Source: Solimonas sp. K1W22B-7 (GTDB lineage Bacteria > Pseudomonadota > Gammaproteobacteria > Nevskiales > Nevskiaceae). From it: a stretch of DNA of 64,000 nucleotides. Below the pieces are notes generated by a model. It worked only from the letters and a program-made list of their open reading frames with translations. It ran no database searches and was not told the DNA's origin. Position 1 is the stretch's first letter; every line of letters starts with the position of its first letter. A program made the translations under genes and the position numbers. Positions 9,722 to 17,958 of the stretch are shown in pieces. Location of the stretch: assembly GCF_003428335.1 (NCBI RefSeq), contig NZ_CP031704.1:4474071-4538070 (forward strand). The letters run 5' to 3'.

Positions 9722-10186
9722 ATGAAACGGCAGCTACTCCTCCTCTCCTCGCTGGCCATGCTGTACGTGTTTCCGGCGCAGGCCGAAACCGTCGGCTGCG
9801 TCACCACGTCCTGGAAGCTGATCGGCGCCAACCACAAGGTCTGCGTGGAAGCCTTCACCGATACCAAGCTGCCGGGCGTGACCTGCCACGTCAGCCAGGC
9901 GAAGACCGGCGGCGTCGCCGGCACGTTCGGTCTGGCCCAGGACCCGGCGCAGTTCTCGCTGTCCTGCGAACAGACCGGGCCCATCGTGATCCCGGCGAAG
10001 ATGCCCGAGCAGGAAACCGTGTTCACGGAAGACACCTCGATCCTGTTCAAGGAAACGCGCGTGACGCGGATCTGGGACCCGAAGCACAACACGCTGGTGT
10101 ACCTGGCGATCAGCCGCAAGCTGATCGATGGCGCGCCGAACAACAGTGTGGCGACGGTGGCGGTGCGGCCGTGGGGTGGAAGGTAG
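9722..10186 (+). CDS. creA: CreA family periplasmic protein
   Basis: Signal peptide; conserved TRVTRIWDPKHNTLVYLAISRKLIDG segment typical of CreA. Confidence 0.75.
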   Translation: MKRQLLLLSSLAMLYVFPAQAETVGCVTTSWKLIGANHKVCVEAFTDTKLPGVTCHVSQAKTGGVAGTFGLAQDPAQFSLSCEQTGPIVIPAKMPEQETVFTEDTSILFKETRVTRIWDPKHNTLVYLAISRKLIDGAPNNSVATVAVRPWGGR

Positions 10187-10219
10187 GTGATACCCACATC
10201 TCGCAATTCTCCCAAAATT

Positions 10220-10966
10220 CTAGGGCCTTACAACAGTGAGCCTTTTCCCAAACATTGGGAATCGTTCTGCCAGGAGACTGCAAAAATCTTCTGTGACGAA
10301 GACAGAGATGACATCATCGTCTTTAAAAACATAGTTCCCAAATAGCCGCCATTCCCGTTCCATATAAACATTCTCTATTGCTTCATCTTCCACTTCCAAG
10401 GGGAAAGGCTTCACGAAGCTTAGTAGGTCTTTCTGGAAAATAGAATTTGCAGCAAAGATGGTTTCCTCCGCGTCAGGAGGATTCGACCCGACACGTCTGC
10501 TCCTCTTCTCCGTCAATCTTCGATGCTTACCATCTTCTCGGTTTAGCGCTTTTGCCACCACGGTAAGATCCTGCAGCAGAGCCCTTCCATTGGTCCCCCA
10601 ATGGTCGCCATCGAACGTGGGCACGTACAAAACTGGGCGCGCACCCTTCTCTGCTAACGATTTTTTATTGAAGGCTAACCCAAAGTACCCATACTTCTTA
10701 CAATGAACGACAGATAGTTCTTCGAATGGGATATCAGCGTAGCAAGTTACGGATGGAACAATAAAATCTTCCCTGCTAAGGCAACCGCCGCCATGAACGC
10801 TAAATTGAACGCCGCCTTGGACTCCTGCAGTTTCTCGACTGTAAGCCACCGTCCTGCTGGCAAGTATCGCGCATAGGGTTTCGAAGTTTCCCTGATGATC
10901 TAGAGGATTGCGAAATCCCACAAAGTGGCTCAGGTTCCGGGAAATGTAGCTTTGCTTTTTTTTCAT
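10220..10966 (-). CDS. AbiGi/DUF2971-like abortive-infection family protein (low-GC islet)
   Basis: Strong GC drop, AT-rich codons. N-terminal L..IL.S..V.YS motif, a VTCYADIPFEEL segment and a YGYFGLAFNKK...RPVLYV block resemble AbiGi/DUF2971 defence proteins. Start uncertain (10966, 11047 or TTG at 11095). Confidence 0.4.
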   Translation of the reverse strand: MKKKQSYISRNLSHFVGFRNPLDHQGNFETLCAILASRTVAYSRETAGVQGGVQFSVHGGGCLSREDFIVPSVTCYADIPFEELSVVHCKKYGYFGLAFNKKSLAEKGARPVLYVPTFDGDHWGTNGRALLQDLTVVAKALNREDGKHRRLTEKRSRRVGSNPPDAEETIFAANSIFQKDLLSFVKPFPLEVEDEAIENVYMEREWRLFGNYVFKDDDVISVFVTEDFCSLLAERFPMFGKRLTVVRP

Positions 10967-11081
10967 ATCATTTCGCAATACAACTACTCTGGTAGCCCAG
11001 ATTAATCGTGTAATGCAAAAGGGTACACTGCCGTGAGCAAGCTTCATGTGACCAGCATACAGGGTGGCCTGAATGCAACTA

Positions 11082-11167
11082 CGTAGGGTGGGCAAACGTC
11101 TTCATGTTTGCCCACGCGGTTGACGTTCCGACGCGTGGGCAAACGAAAAGACATTTGCCCACCCTAC
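11082..11167. repeat. Nested GTAG-terminated palindrome (four alternating TGGGCAAAC units)
   Basis: GTAGGGTGGGCAAACG...TTTGCCCACCCTAC outer inverted repeat with an inner inverted repeat. REPIN-like or bidirectional terminator bordering the low-GC gene. Confidence 0.45.
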
Positions 11168-11265
11168 GACCAGACAAGGACTAGCCGATAGCGCACCGGG
11201 CAATGGCGCCACTATCACGGTGGCAAAGTTTTGGGGCGCGACCCTGTAAGGCCGCGCCCGTCCCG

Positions 11266-11562
11266 CTAGTTGGTCTTCGGCACGTAGTACTCGTCCGGGC
11301 TCAGGACGCCATCGCCGTTATGGTCGCGCGTGGCGAAGCGCTTGTAGATCTGCGAGTCCGGCTTGACCTCGGACTTCTGCACCAGGCCGTCGCCGTTGGT
11401 GTCGGTCCACATGGCCTTGGTGGGCTCGCCCACTGCCGGTGCGCCGACCGTGGACGATCCTGGTGCGTCGAGCGAAGAGCCGGGCAAGGTGCCGACGCCG
11501 GCGAAGGGGGCGGTGGAGAAGAGGAATGCTGCCGCAGCGGTGCTGAAGGCCAACCGGTTCAT
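11266..11562 (-). CDS. Secreted EF-hand calcium-binding protein
   Basis: Signal peptide then two DxNGDGxV(S/Q) EF-hand loops. The 297-aa ORF-track product is an upstream artefact. Confidence 0.7.
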   Translation of the reverse strand: MNRLAFSTAAAAFLFSTAPFAGVGTLPGSSLDAPGSSTVGAPAVGEPTKAMWTDTNGDGLVQKSEVKPDSQIYKRFATRDHNGDGVLSPDEYYVPKTN

Positions 11563-11692
11563 GCTTGAACTCCCTGTGTGTATTGATGAAAACCGCAGGG
11601 AGACCGGAAAACGCGCGGGGAACCGGTTCCCGCGCGGCGTTGCGCACGGCACGGGGCCGCAGGGTAAAAGCAGCAGATTCCATGCCACGTAA

Positions 11693-11750
11693 CGGTAGGA
11701 GCGGCCGGTGGCCGCGACCTCGCCGGGTCGCGGCCACCGGCCGCTCCTAC
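11693..11750. repeat. REPIN, family 1
   Basis: GGTAGGAGCGGCCGGTGGCCGCGACC...GGTCGCGGCCACCGGCCGCTCCTAC. Confidence 0.55.
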
Positions 11751-11758
11751 AACAGGAC

Positions 11759-13117
11759 TTAGGCTTCCAGTTCCGCCAGCCCCTGCTCCAGGTAGTCCAG
11801 CAGGCGCTGCATGTGCGGCAGCGTGCGGCGGCAGGCGATGAGGCCGAACTCCAGCTTGTCGGCGTAGCTGTTGAGCGTGATGTTGAGCGCCTGGCCGTCG
11901 ATGACGATGGACACGGGGTACATGCCCTCCAGCTCGGCGCCGTTCCAGTAGAGCTTGTTCTTGGGGCCCGGCACGTTGGAGATGGTGACGTTGAAGGCCT
12001 GCCAGCGCGGGGCGGCGCCGGTGGCGTAGTTGAGCGAGAACGGCGCCATGGTCGCGGCCATGTAGTTGACGATCTCGGCCTGCGACATGTTCTGGAAGCG
12101 GTCCTTGGAGGTCTGCACCGAGCGCTGGATGGCGTGCAGGCGCTCCACCGGGTCTTCAATGCTGGTGTAGAGGTTGGCCAGGATCATCGCCACCTGGTTG
12201 CCGGAGTCGCTGTCGTCGCGGCGCAGGGACATGGGCACCATCGAGGTCAGCGGCTTGTCGGGCAGCTCGCCCAGTTCCTTCAGGTAGCTGCGCAGCGCCG
12301 AGCCGCACATGGCCAGCACGACGTCGTTGAGCGTGGCGTCGTGCTTGCGGCCGGCGGCGCGGATGCGCTCCAGCGACCAGGACTGCGCGGCGAAGCGGCG
12401 CGAGCCGGTGATGCGCTGGTTGAGGATGGACTTGGGCGCCTGGAACACGGAGACGTAGTCCGGGTTGCTGCGCGCGGCGCGGATCGAGCGGTACAGCTCG
12501 CGCGTGACGTTGGGCAGGGTCTTGGCCTGCTGGCCGAGCATGCCGGCGGCTTCTCCGACCACGGAGATGAAGCTGCGCGGCCGGTCTTCGCCGGGCACCA
12601 GCTCGCGCTTGCGCGGCGGCATGGCCCAGACCGGGATGTTCTGCTCTTCCGGCGTTTCGCTGGTGGCGCGCATCATCATGCGCATGGCGGCGATGCCGTC
12701 GACCAGGGCGTGGTGGATCTTGGAGTAGATGGCGATGCGGCCGTCTTCCAGACCGTCGATCAGGTAGAACTCCCACAGCGGCTTGGCGCGGTCCAGGTGC
12801 GCGCTGTGCAGCTGCGACACCAGGGCCAGCAGCTCGCGGATGCGGCCGGGCTTGGGCAGGGCCAGGTGACGGAAGTGCGACTCGATGTCGAACTCCTCGT
12901 CTTCCACCCAGAACGGTGCGCCGAGCTTGCGTTCCAGGCGCAGGTTGAACGGCGCGCAGGCCTTGGTGTGGCTGCGCATGAAGTCGGCGACCTTCTGCGT
13001 GTAGTCCGGGCCGGCGTCCTTGGGCGGGCGCGCCAGCTGCAGGCCGCCGACGTGCATCGGCTGGTTGCGCCGTTCCAGCAGCAGGAACATCTGGTCCTGC
13101 GGGCTCAGAGGCTTCAT
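11759..13117 (-). CDS. Wax ester synthase / acyl-CoA:diacylglycerol acyltransferase (WS/DGAT)
   Basis: HHALVDG active-site motif and ~450-aa WS/DGAT architecture. ATG at 13117 (MKPLSPQDQMFLL). Confidence 0.85.
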   Translation of the reverse strand: MKPLSPQDQMFLLLERRNQPMHVGGLQLARPPKDAGPDYTQKVADFMRSHTKACAPFNLRLERKLGAPFWVEDEEFDIESHFRHLALPKPGRIRELLALVSQLHSAHLDRAKPLWEFYLIDGLEDGRIAIYSKIHHALVDGIAAMRMMMRATSETPEEQNIPVWAMPPRKRELVPGEDRPRSFISVVGEAAGMLGQQAKTLPNVTRELYRSIRAARSNPDYVSVFQAPKSILNQRITGSRRFAAQSWSLERIRAAGRKHDATLNDVVLAMCGSALRSYLKELGELPDKPLTSMVPMSLRRDDSDSGNQVAMILANLYTSIEDPVERLHAIQRSVQTSKDRFQNMSQAEIVNYMAATMAPFSLNYATGAAPRWQAFNVTISNVPGPKNKLYWNGAELEGMYPVSIVIDGQALNITLNSYADKLEFGLIACRRTLPHMQRLLDYLEQGLAELEA

Positions 13118-13136
13118 CGCGCTTCTCCCTTCCTGG

Positions 13137-15248
13137 TTAGAAACTGCCGTTGCTGGTGCCGGCCGGCAGCGCCTTGGCGCGGCCATCGCTGAGCGTGATG
13201 GTGACTGGCACGTCGCTGTCGATGCTGTACTGCAGGGCCTTGCCGCGCAGGCAGCTCGCGGTGGCATCGATGCGCAGCGAGCGCACGTTGGACAGCGTGC
13301 CGCTGAGCTTGCCCTCCGCCGCCGGCATCGTGGGGTCGTCCAGGCGCGTGCGCAGCGTGGCGGCCCAGGGCACGGGATCGATGCCGGCATCCGCGCCGGT
13401 TTCGTAGCCGGGCTGGGCGAAGCCGCAGCCGAGGCTGGTGAGGTTCACCGTGCTCGGCCCTTCCGCCTCGGCGACGATCTGCGAGACCCAGTAGGCGCGG
13501 TCGTGCCTGATGCCGTACTCCGGCGAGTCGAGCTTGGCATCGGTCTTGTAGGTGACGCGCGCCGGGCTGCGCACGCGCCTCAGGCCTTCCACGTATGCCG
13601 CTTCCTTGCGCCAGTCGTTGAAGATCAGGTAGCTCAGGTGCTCGGCCACCGGGTGCAGGAAGAACTTGTACGGAATCTCTTCCTCGCCCATGCGCACGCC
13701 CATGGCCAGCGAGGACGTAACATGCACCAGTTCGTCGGCGCCGGAGTACAGGTTGGCGATGGGGATGTGCCGCAGGTTGCCGACATAGTCGATGATGTTG
13801 ACGTCGCCGCCCACCGCGCCGCCGGAGGACAGCGGCGGGATCGCAGTGCCCAGGGTCGCGGCCAGCGCGGTAACGGCCGGCGGCAGCGGGTTGCCCGGGA
13901 CCGGCAGGTTGAACAGGTCACCGGTGAAGCCCACCCAGTTGACCGCACCGGCGAACATGTCCGGATACAGCGCGGCGAAGCGCAGTGTGCCGAAGCCGCC
14001 CATGGAGTAACCGCTGACCAGCAGCTGCTCGTCGTCGATGGGATAGTTCGCGCGCACGTCGGCCAGGGTATCGAGCACGTCGCGCTCGGAAATGCCGCTA
14101 TAGAAGCCATGCGGGCCGCGGCCCAGCGGCGCGATGATGATGCGGTTGGGCTCTTCGCCGAAGCGCTGCTGGAAGTTGGCCTGGTTGACCTGGCTGCCGT
14201 GGTTGGCCTCGCAGCCGTGCATCAGCAGCTGCGCCGCGTGCGGGCCGGGCTTGGTCGGAATGTAGACACCGTAGGGCTGGTACTTGCCGAGGTAGTTGAA
14301 GCGCTGCTCGCAGGGCAGCTGGGTGGCGCCGTGCACGCCCGGCACGCCGACGATGTCGACACCCTCGCCCGGCTCCAGCGTGTACTGCGAGGTGTAGACA
14401 CGCTGGTGGAAGCCGGTCACGGCGGGCGCGGGACGGGTGACGCCGCCGCGCAGGTCGGCGACGCTGACGGTCTCGCCGAAGGCCGAGATGTCGCCGCCGG
14501 CCAGCGCCACCGACTGGCGGTCGTCCCACCAGTTGCCGCTGGCCGGCAGCACCTGGTTGGCGAGGCCGTCGGCCTTGGACTCTTCGTCCGGGCCGCGGAA
14601 GGCCAGGTTCATGACCTTGCCGTTCTTCTGCGCCACCACGGCCTGTACGCGCCAGCTGGAGCCCGCCGGCAGCGGCAGGCGGCCGATGAGGTGATTGGTG
14701 TCAGGGTTGCCGCTGTTGAACTGCCTGAGCACTTCCCAGCCGCGACTCTCGACGCCCAGGCCTTGCCACTCGCCGCCGCCGGTGGCGGGATCATTGTCGG
14801 TGTCGATGGCGAGCGCGGCGATGGCGTCGTCGGCGTGGTAGAGCGTGTTCAGCTCAAAGTCCGCCACCAGCTCGTTGCCCTCGATGGACAGCGTGAGCGC
14901 GACGAGGTCGGCGGTGTTGTCCAGGCCCGCGGGGTAGCGCACGTCACCGGCGGTGGGCGACAGCAGGCCCGGGGTGGTGGCGAAGGGGTTGCCGACCGAG
15001 CCCAGGCGGGTCAGGGCGTTGAGCACGGCGGGGCTCAGCGAGACGACGCCGGCATCGGCGCCGTAGTCGTCGTAGACGTAGTCGCGGTAGATCAGCTTGC
15101 CGCTGCACAACTCCGTGGTGCCGGCCACCCAGGAGTTGCGCTCGCACGAGCGGTTGTCCACGGGGGTGCCGCCGGTGGCGGTCACGGAATTGCTGCTGTG
15201 GCAGCCCGCCAGGGCGGCCGCCAACAGCGCGGGGGCGTATCGGCGCAT
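13137..15248 (-). CDS. Large lipoprotein with C-terminal alpha/beta-hydrolase (esterase) domain
   Basis: MRRYAPALLAAALAGC lipobox and GAGGAGAG RBS. SGYSMGGFG serine-hydrolase motif in the C-terminal half. Confidence 0.7.
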   Translation of the reverse strand: MRRYAPALLAAALAGCHSSNSVTATGGTPVDNRSCERNSWVAGTTELCSGKLIYRDYVYDDYGADAGVVSLSPAVLNALTRLGSVGNPFATTPGLLSPTAGDVRYPAGLDNTADLVALTLSIEGNELVADFELNTLYHADDAIAALAIDTDNDPATGGGEWQGLGVESRGWEVLRQFNSGNPDTNHLIGRLPLPAGSSWRVQAVVAQKNGKVMNLAFRGPDEESKADGLANQVLPASGNWWDDRQSVALAGGDISAFGETVSVADLRGGVTRPAPAVTGFHQRVYTSQYTLEPGEGVDIVGVPGVHGATQLPCEQRFNYLGKYQPYGVYIPTKPGPHAAQLLMHGCEANHGSQVNQANFQQRFGEEPNRIIIAPLGRGPHGFYSGISERDVLDTLADVRANYPIDDEQLLVSGYSMGGFGTLRFAALYPDMFAGAVNWVGFTGDLFNLPVPGNPLPPAVTALAATLGTAIPPLSSGGAVGGDVNIIDYVGNLRHIPIANLYSGADELVHVTSSLAMGVRMGEEEIPYKFFLHPVAEHLSYLIFNDWRKEAAYVEGLRRVRSPARVTYKTDAKLDSPEYGIRHDRAYWVSQIVAEAEGPSTVNLTSLGCGFAQPGYETGADAGIDPVPWAATLRTRLDDPTMPAAEGKLSGTLSNVRSLRIDATASCLRGKALQYSIDSDVPVTITLSDGRAKALPAGTSNGSF

Positions 15249-15371
15249 GCTCTCTCCTCGTCGCCGCGTGGGTCCGCGGCCTGTTGTGTATCCGGCTCGG
15301 GGCCGGTTGCCCCTAGTGTTGGGCAGAATCGCGGCAGCGGCAAGCGGCCGGGGCTCGGCTAACATGCCCCC

Positions 15372-16421
15372 ATGACCGCCAGCCACTCCACCATCGCCGT
15401 CAGCTACCTGCAGGCGCTGTTCGACCACCTGCGCCTCAAGGGCGTAACGGCGGCCGAGGTGCTGGACGGCGCGCAGATCGACCTGGCCGACCGCGACGCC
15501 CGCGTCGCCGAGGCCGTGGCGGCGGGCTGCTTCAACCGCGCGGCGGCGCGGCTCGGGGACGAATTCATCGGCATCCACGTCGGCGAGCAGATCCGCCCGG
15601 GGCATTACGGCGTGGTGGGCTATGTCGGCATGGCCTGCGCCACGCTGGGCGAGGCGATGCTGTGCCTGCAGCGCTACCAGGCGATGGTGCTGGACGTGGG
15701 CGCGCTGCCGCTGGAACTGAAGGGCACTGAGGTACGGCTGGGCTGGCGCCCGGACGACCAGAGCCATTTCTATCGCCACATGGCCGAGTTCAACCTCGCC
15801 GCGCTGGTGACCTTCATCCGCTGGATCACCGGCCAGCCGCTGGCGCCGCTGCGCATCGAGTTCCCCTATCCCGCGCCGGTGCGGCTGGAAGAGCAGCAGC
15901 GCGTATTCGGCTGCCCGCTGCGCTTCGATGCCGACTGCTATCGCCTGGTGGTGCCGCTGTCCTGGAACGAGCTGCCGCTGATCCAGCCCGACCCGGCGAT
16001 GCGCCAGCTGATGGACCGCCTGGCCGAGAAGCAGCTGCTGACGCTGCGCCGCCAGGACGACGACCTGGTGACGCAGGCGCGGCGCCTGCTGGCGCAGAAG
16101 CTGTCGGAGGGCGAAGCCAGCCTGGACCGCATCGCGGCGGCGATGAACGTGTCGTCGCGCAGCCTGCAGCGCCGCCTGCAGGACCAGGAGCTGAGCTTCA
16201 GCCAGCTACTGGACGAGGTGCGCCGCGAGCTGGCGGAACGCTATCTGGAAGATCCGGCGCTGGACCTGACCGACCTGGCCTTCTTGCTGGGGTATTCGGA
16301 GCAGAGCGCGTTCACGCGGGCGTTCAAGCGCTGGCATGGCCGGGCGCCGGCGGAAGCAAGAGCGCAGATGAGGACCGCCGCCAACACCGTAGCCCGGTTT
16401 CCCGAAGGGAAGCCGGGATAG
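15372..16421 (+). CDS. AraC-family transcriptional regulator
   Basis: C-terminal AraC HTH (DLTDLAFLLGYSEQSAFTRAFKRWHG). Divergent from the lipoprotein/WS-DGAT cluster. Confidence 0.8.
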   Translation: MTASHSTIAVSYLQALFDHLRLKGVTAAEVLDGAQIDLADRDARVAEAVAAGCFNRAAARLGDEFIGIHVGEQIRPGHYGVVGYVGMACATLGEAMLCLQRYQAMVLDVGALPLELKGTEVRLGWRPDDQSHFYRHMAEFNLAALVTFIRWITGQPLAPLRIEFPYPAPVRLEEQQRVFGCPLRFDADCYRLVVPLSWNELPLIQPDPAMRQLMDRLAEKQLLTLRRQDDDLVTQARRLLAQKLSEGEASLDRIAAAMNVSSRSLQRRLQDQELSFSQLLDEVRRELAERYLEDPALDLTDLAFLLGYSEQSAFTRAFKRWHGRAPAEARAQMRTAANTVARFPEGKPG

Positions 16422-16424
16422 CCC
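16389..16424. repeat. REP, family 2 (5' flank of RAYT)
   Basis: GTAGCCCGGTTTCCCGAAGGGAAGCCGGGATAGCCC. Confidence 0.6.
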
Positions 16425-16425
16425 T

Positions 16426-16959
16426 ATGGTCCAGTACCGGCGGGCGCGTGTAGCAGGCGCGACCTACTTCTTCACCGTTGCGCTGGAAGACCGTCGCGCC
16501 AGCCTGCTCACAGAGCATGTCGAACTTCTGCGCGCGGCTTTTCGCAGCGTTCATGCCGCGCGTCCATTCGACCTGGATGCCATTGCCGTGATGCCGGAGC
16601 ACCTGCATGCGATCTGGGTACTTCCCGAGGGCGACGCGGACTATGCGACGCGCTGGCAGCTGATCAAGACAGGTTTTACGCGAGCGCTTCGCGAAACTGG
16701 CGTACCCCTGCCCAGCCGCTCCAATGGCACGCCGGCGGTTTGGCAGCGCCGCTATTGGGAGCACCTGATCCGCGATGAGGATGACTGGCAGCGGCACCGG
16801 GATTACATCTTCTACAACCCGGTGAAGCATGGTCAGGTCAGCCGGGTAGCGGACTGGCCGCATTCCTCGTTTCACCGGATGGTGCGGCGGGGTGAACTGC
16901 CTTCGGACTGGGGTGGAGATGCGGCGGCGAGCGCTTCCGGGCATTTCGGGGAGCCCTGA
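16426..16959 (+). mobile_element. REP-associated tyrosine transposase (RAYT; IS200/IS605-like TnpA_REP)
   Basis: HUH motif (PEHLHAIW), catalytic Tyr region (YIFYNPVKHG), ~175 aa. Flanked on both sides by family-2 REP/REPIN. Confidence 0.8.
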
Positions 16960-16966
16960 GCTGCGC

Positions 16967-17070
16967 TCCCGGCTTCGCTACGCGAAACCGGGCTACATGG
17001 AATTCAGGGCCAAGTACCTGAAACCGGACCTACGCTTACCCGTAGCCTGGTTTGCCGAAGGCAAGCCGGG
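16967..17070. repeat. REPIN, family 2 (3' flank of RAYT)
   Basis: CTCCCGGCTTCGCTACGCGAAACCGGGCTAC ... GTAGCCTGGTTTGCCGAAGGCAAGCCGGG inverted pair. Confidence 0.6.
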
Positions 17071-17081
17071 AACGCCGGTCA

Positions 17082-17843
17082 CTATGCGCGCCGAACCCCG
17101 CGATGCTCCCGATATACCCCCCTCACCCACTCGAAACCCGGATGGTCGTCCCAGCGCACCGCCCGCATGCGCACGGTGCGGCGATAGGCGGGGGCGCCGA
17201 ACACCGGGTGTTCTTCCGGGCAGACCAGCGGCGACAGCAGGGCGCAGGCGGTGATGTCGGCCGCGCTAAGGCGGTCGCCGGCCAGGTAGGGGCGGCCGCC
17301 CTGGGTGCGCTCGGCGATGAAGTCCGCCGCCTCGTCGATCCTGGCCACGGCCTTGCGCATCGTGCCGGGCGACAGCTGCAGCAGGCGCGAGAAGCCGCGG
17401 CGCACCAGGGGGTAGGCCAGCGACAGGGCGCGGCGCTGCAGGGGGTTGGCGTCCTGGCTCCACAGGGCCAGCGTGGCGGCCTTGTCGCGCATGGTTTCGG
17501 CGAACAGTTGTCGGATCACGTGGACGCCGATGCGGTCGAAGCGCGCCTCCAGTTCCATCACCTCGGCGCGCAGGGCCGGGTCGGCCGGCAGCAGGGTAAA
17601 GGGGGCGTGCTGGCGTTCCAGCCATTCGAGGATGCGGGTGCTGTCCTGCACCACCTCGGCGCCCGCTTCCAGTACCGGCACCGAAGTGGCGCGCCGGGTC
17701 AGGGCCAGGATCCGGGGGATGTGGAAGAACGGCACCAGGCGCTGTTCGCGGTAGGCGATGCCGGCGTGGTCCAGGGTCCAGCGGATCTTTTCGCTGTAGT
17801 GGGAGACCGAGAAGGTATAGAGGGTCGGCGGGATGTCGTTCAT
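17082..17843 (-). CDS. Glutathione S-transferase family protein
   Basis: GST N-terminal (SHYSEKIRW, SVPVLE) and C-terminal domains. Confidence 0.8.
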   Translation of the reverse strand: MNDIPPTLYTFSVSHYSEKIRWTLDHAGIAYREQRLVPFFHIPRILALTRRATSVPVLEAGAEVVQDSTRILEWLERQHAPFTLLPADPALRAEVMELEARFDRIGVHVIRQLFAETMRDKAATLALWSQDANPLQRRALSLAYPLVRRGFSRLLQLSPGTMRKAVARIDEAADFIAERTQGGRPYLAGDRLSAADITACALLSPLVCPEEHPVFGAPAYRRTVRMRAVRWDDHPGFEWVRGVYREHRGVRRA

Positions 17844-17958
17844 CGGGCGTACTGTTGCATTCGTGCATGGTGCCCGGCCGGGCGCGCCAGCACCAGTTGG
17901 AGCCGGCCCCCTTCCTCAAGCATGCTATGCGCCTCACGGACGACGAACCCAGAACTAC

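Noticed and set aside
13020-15362. 780-aa + ORF opposite the large lipoprotein gene (also 11708..13192 opposite WS/DGAT)
   Set aside because: GC-skew shadow ORFs with low-complexity translation. The opposite-strand genes carry clear catalytic motifs.
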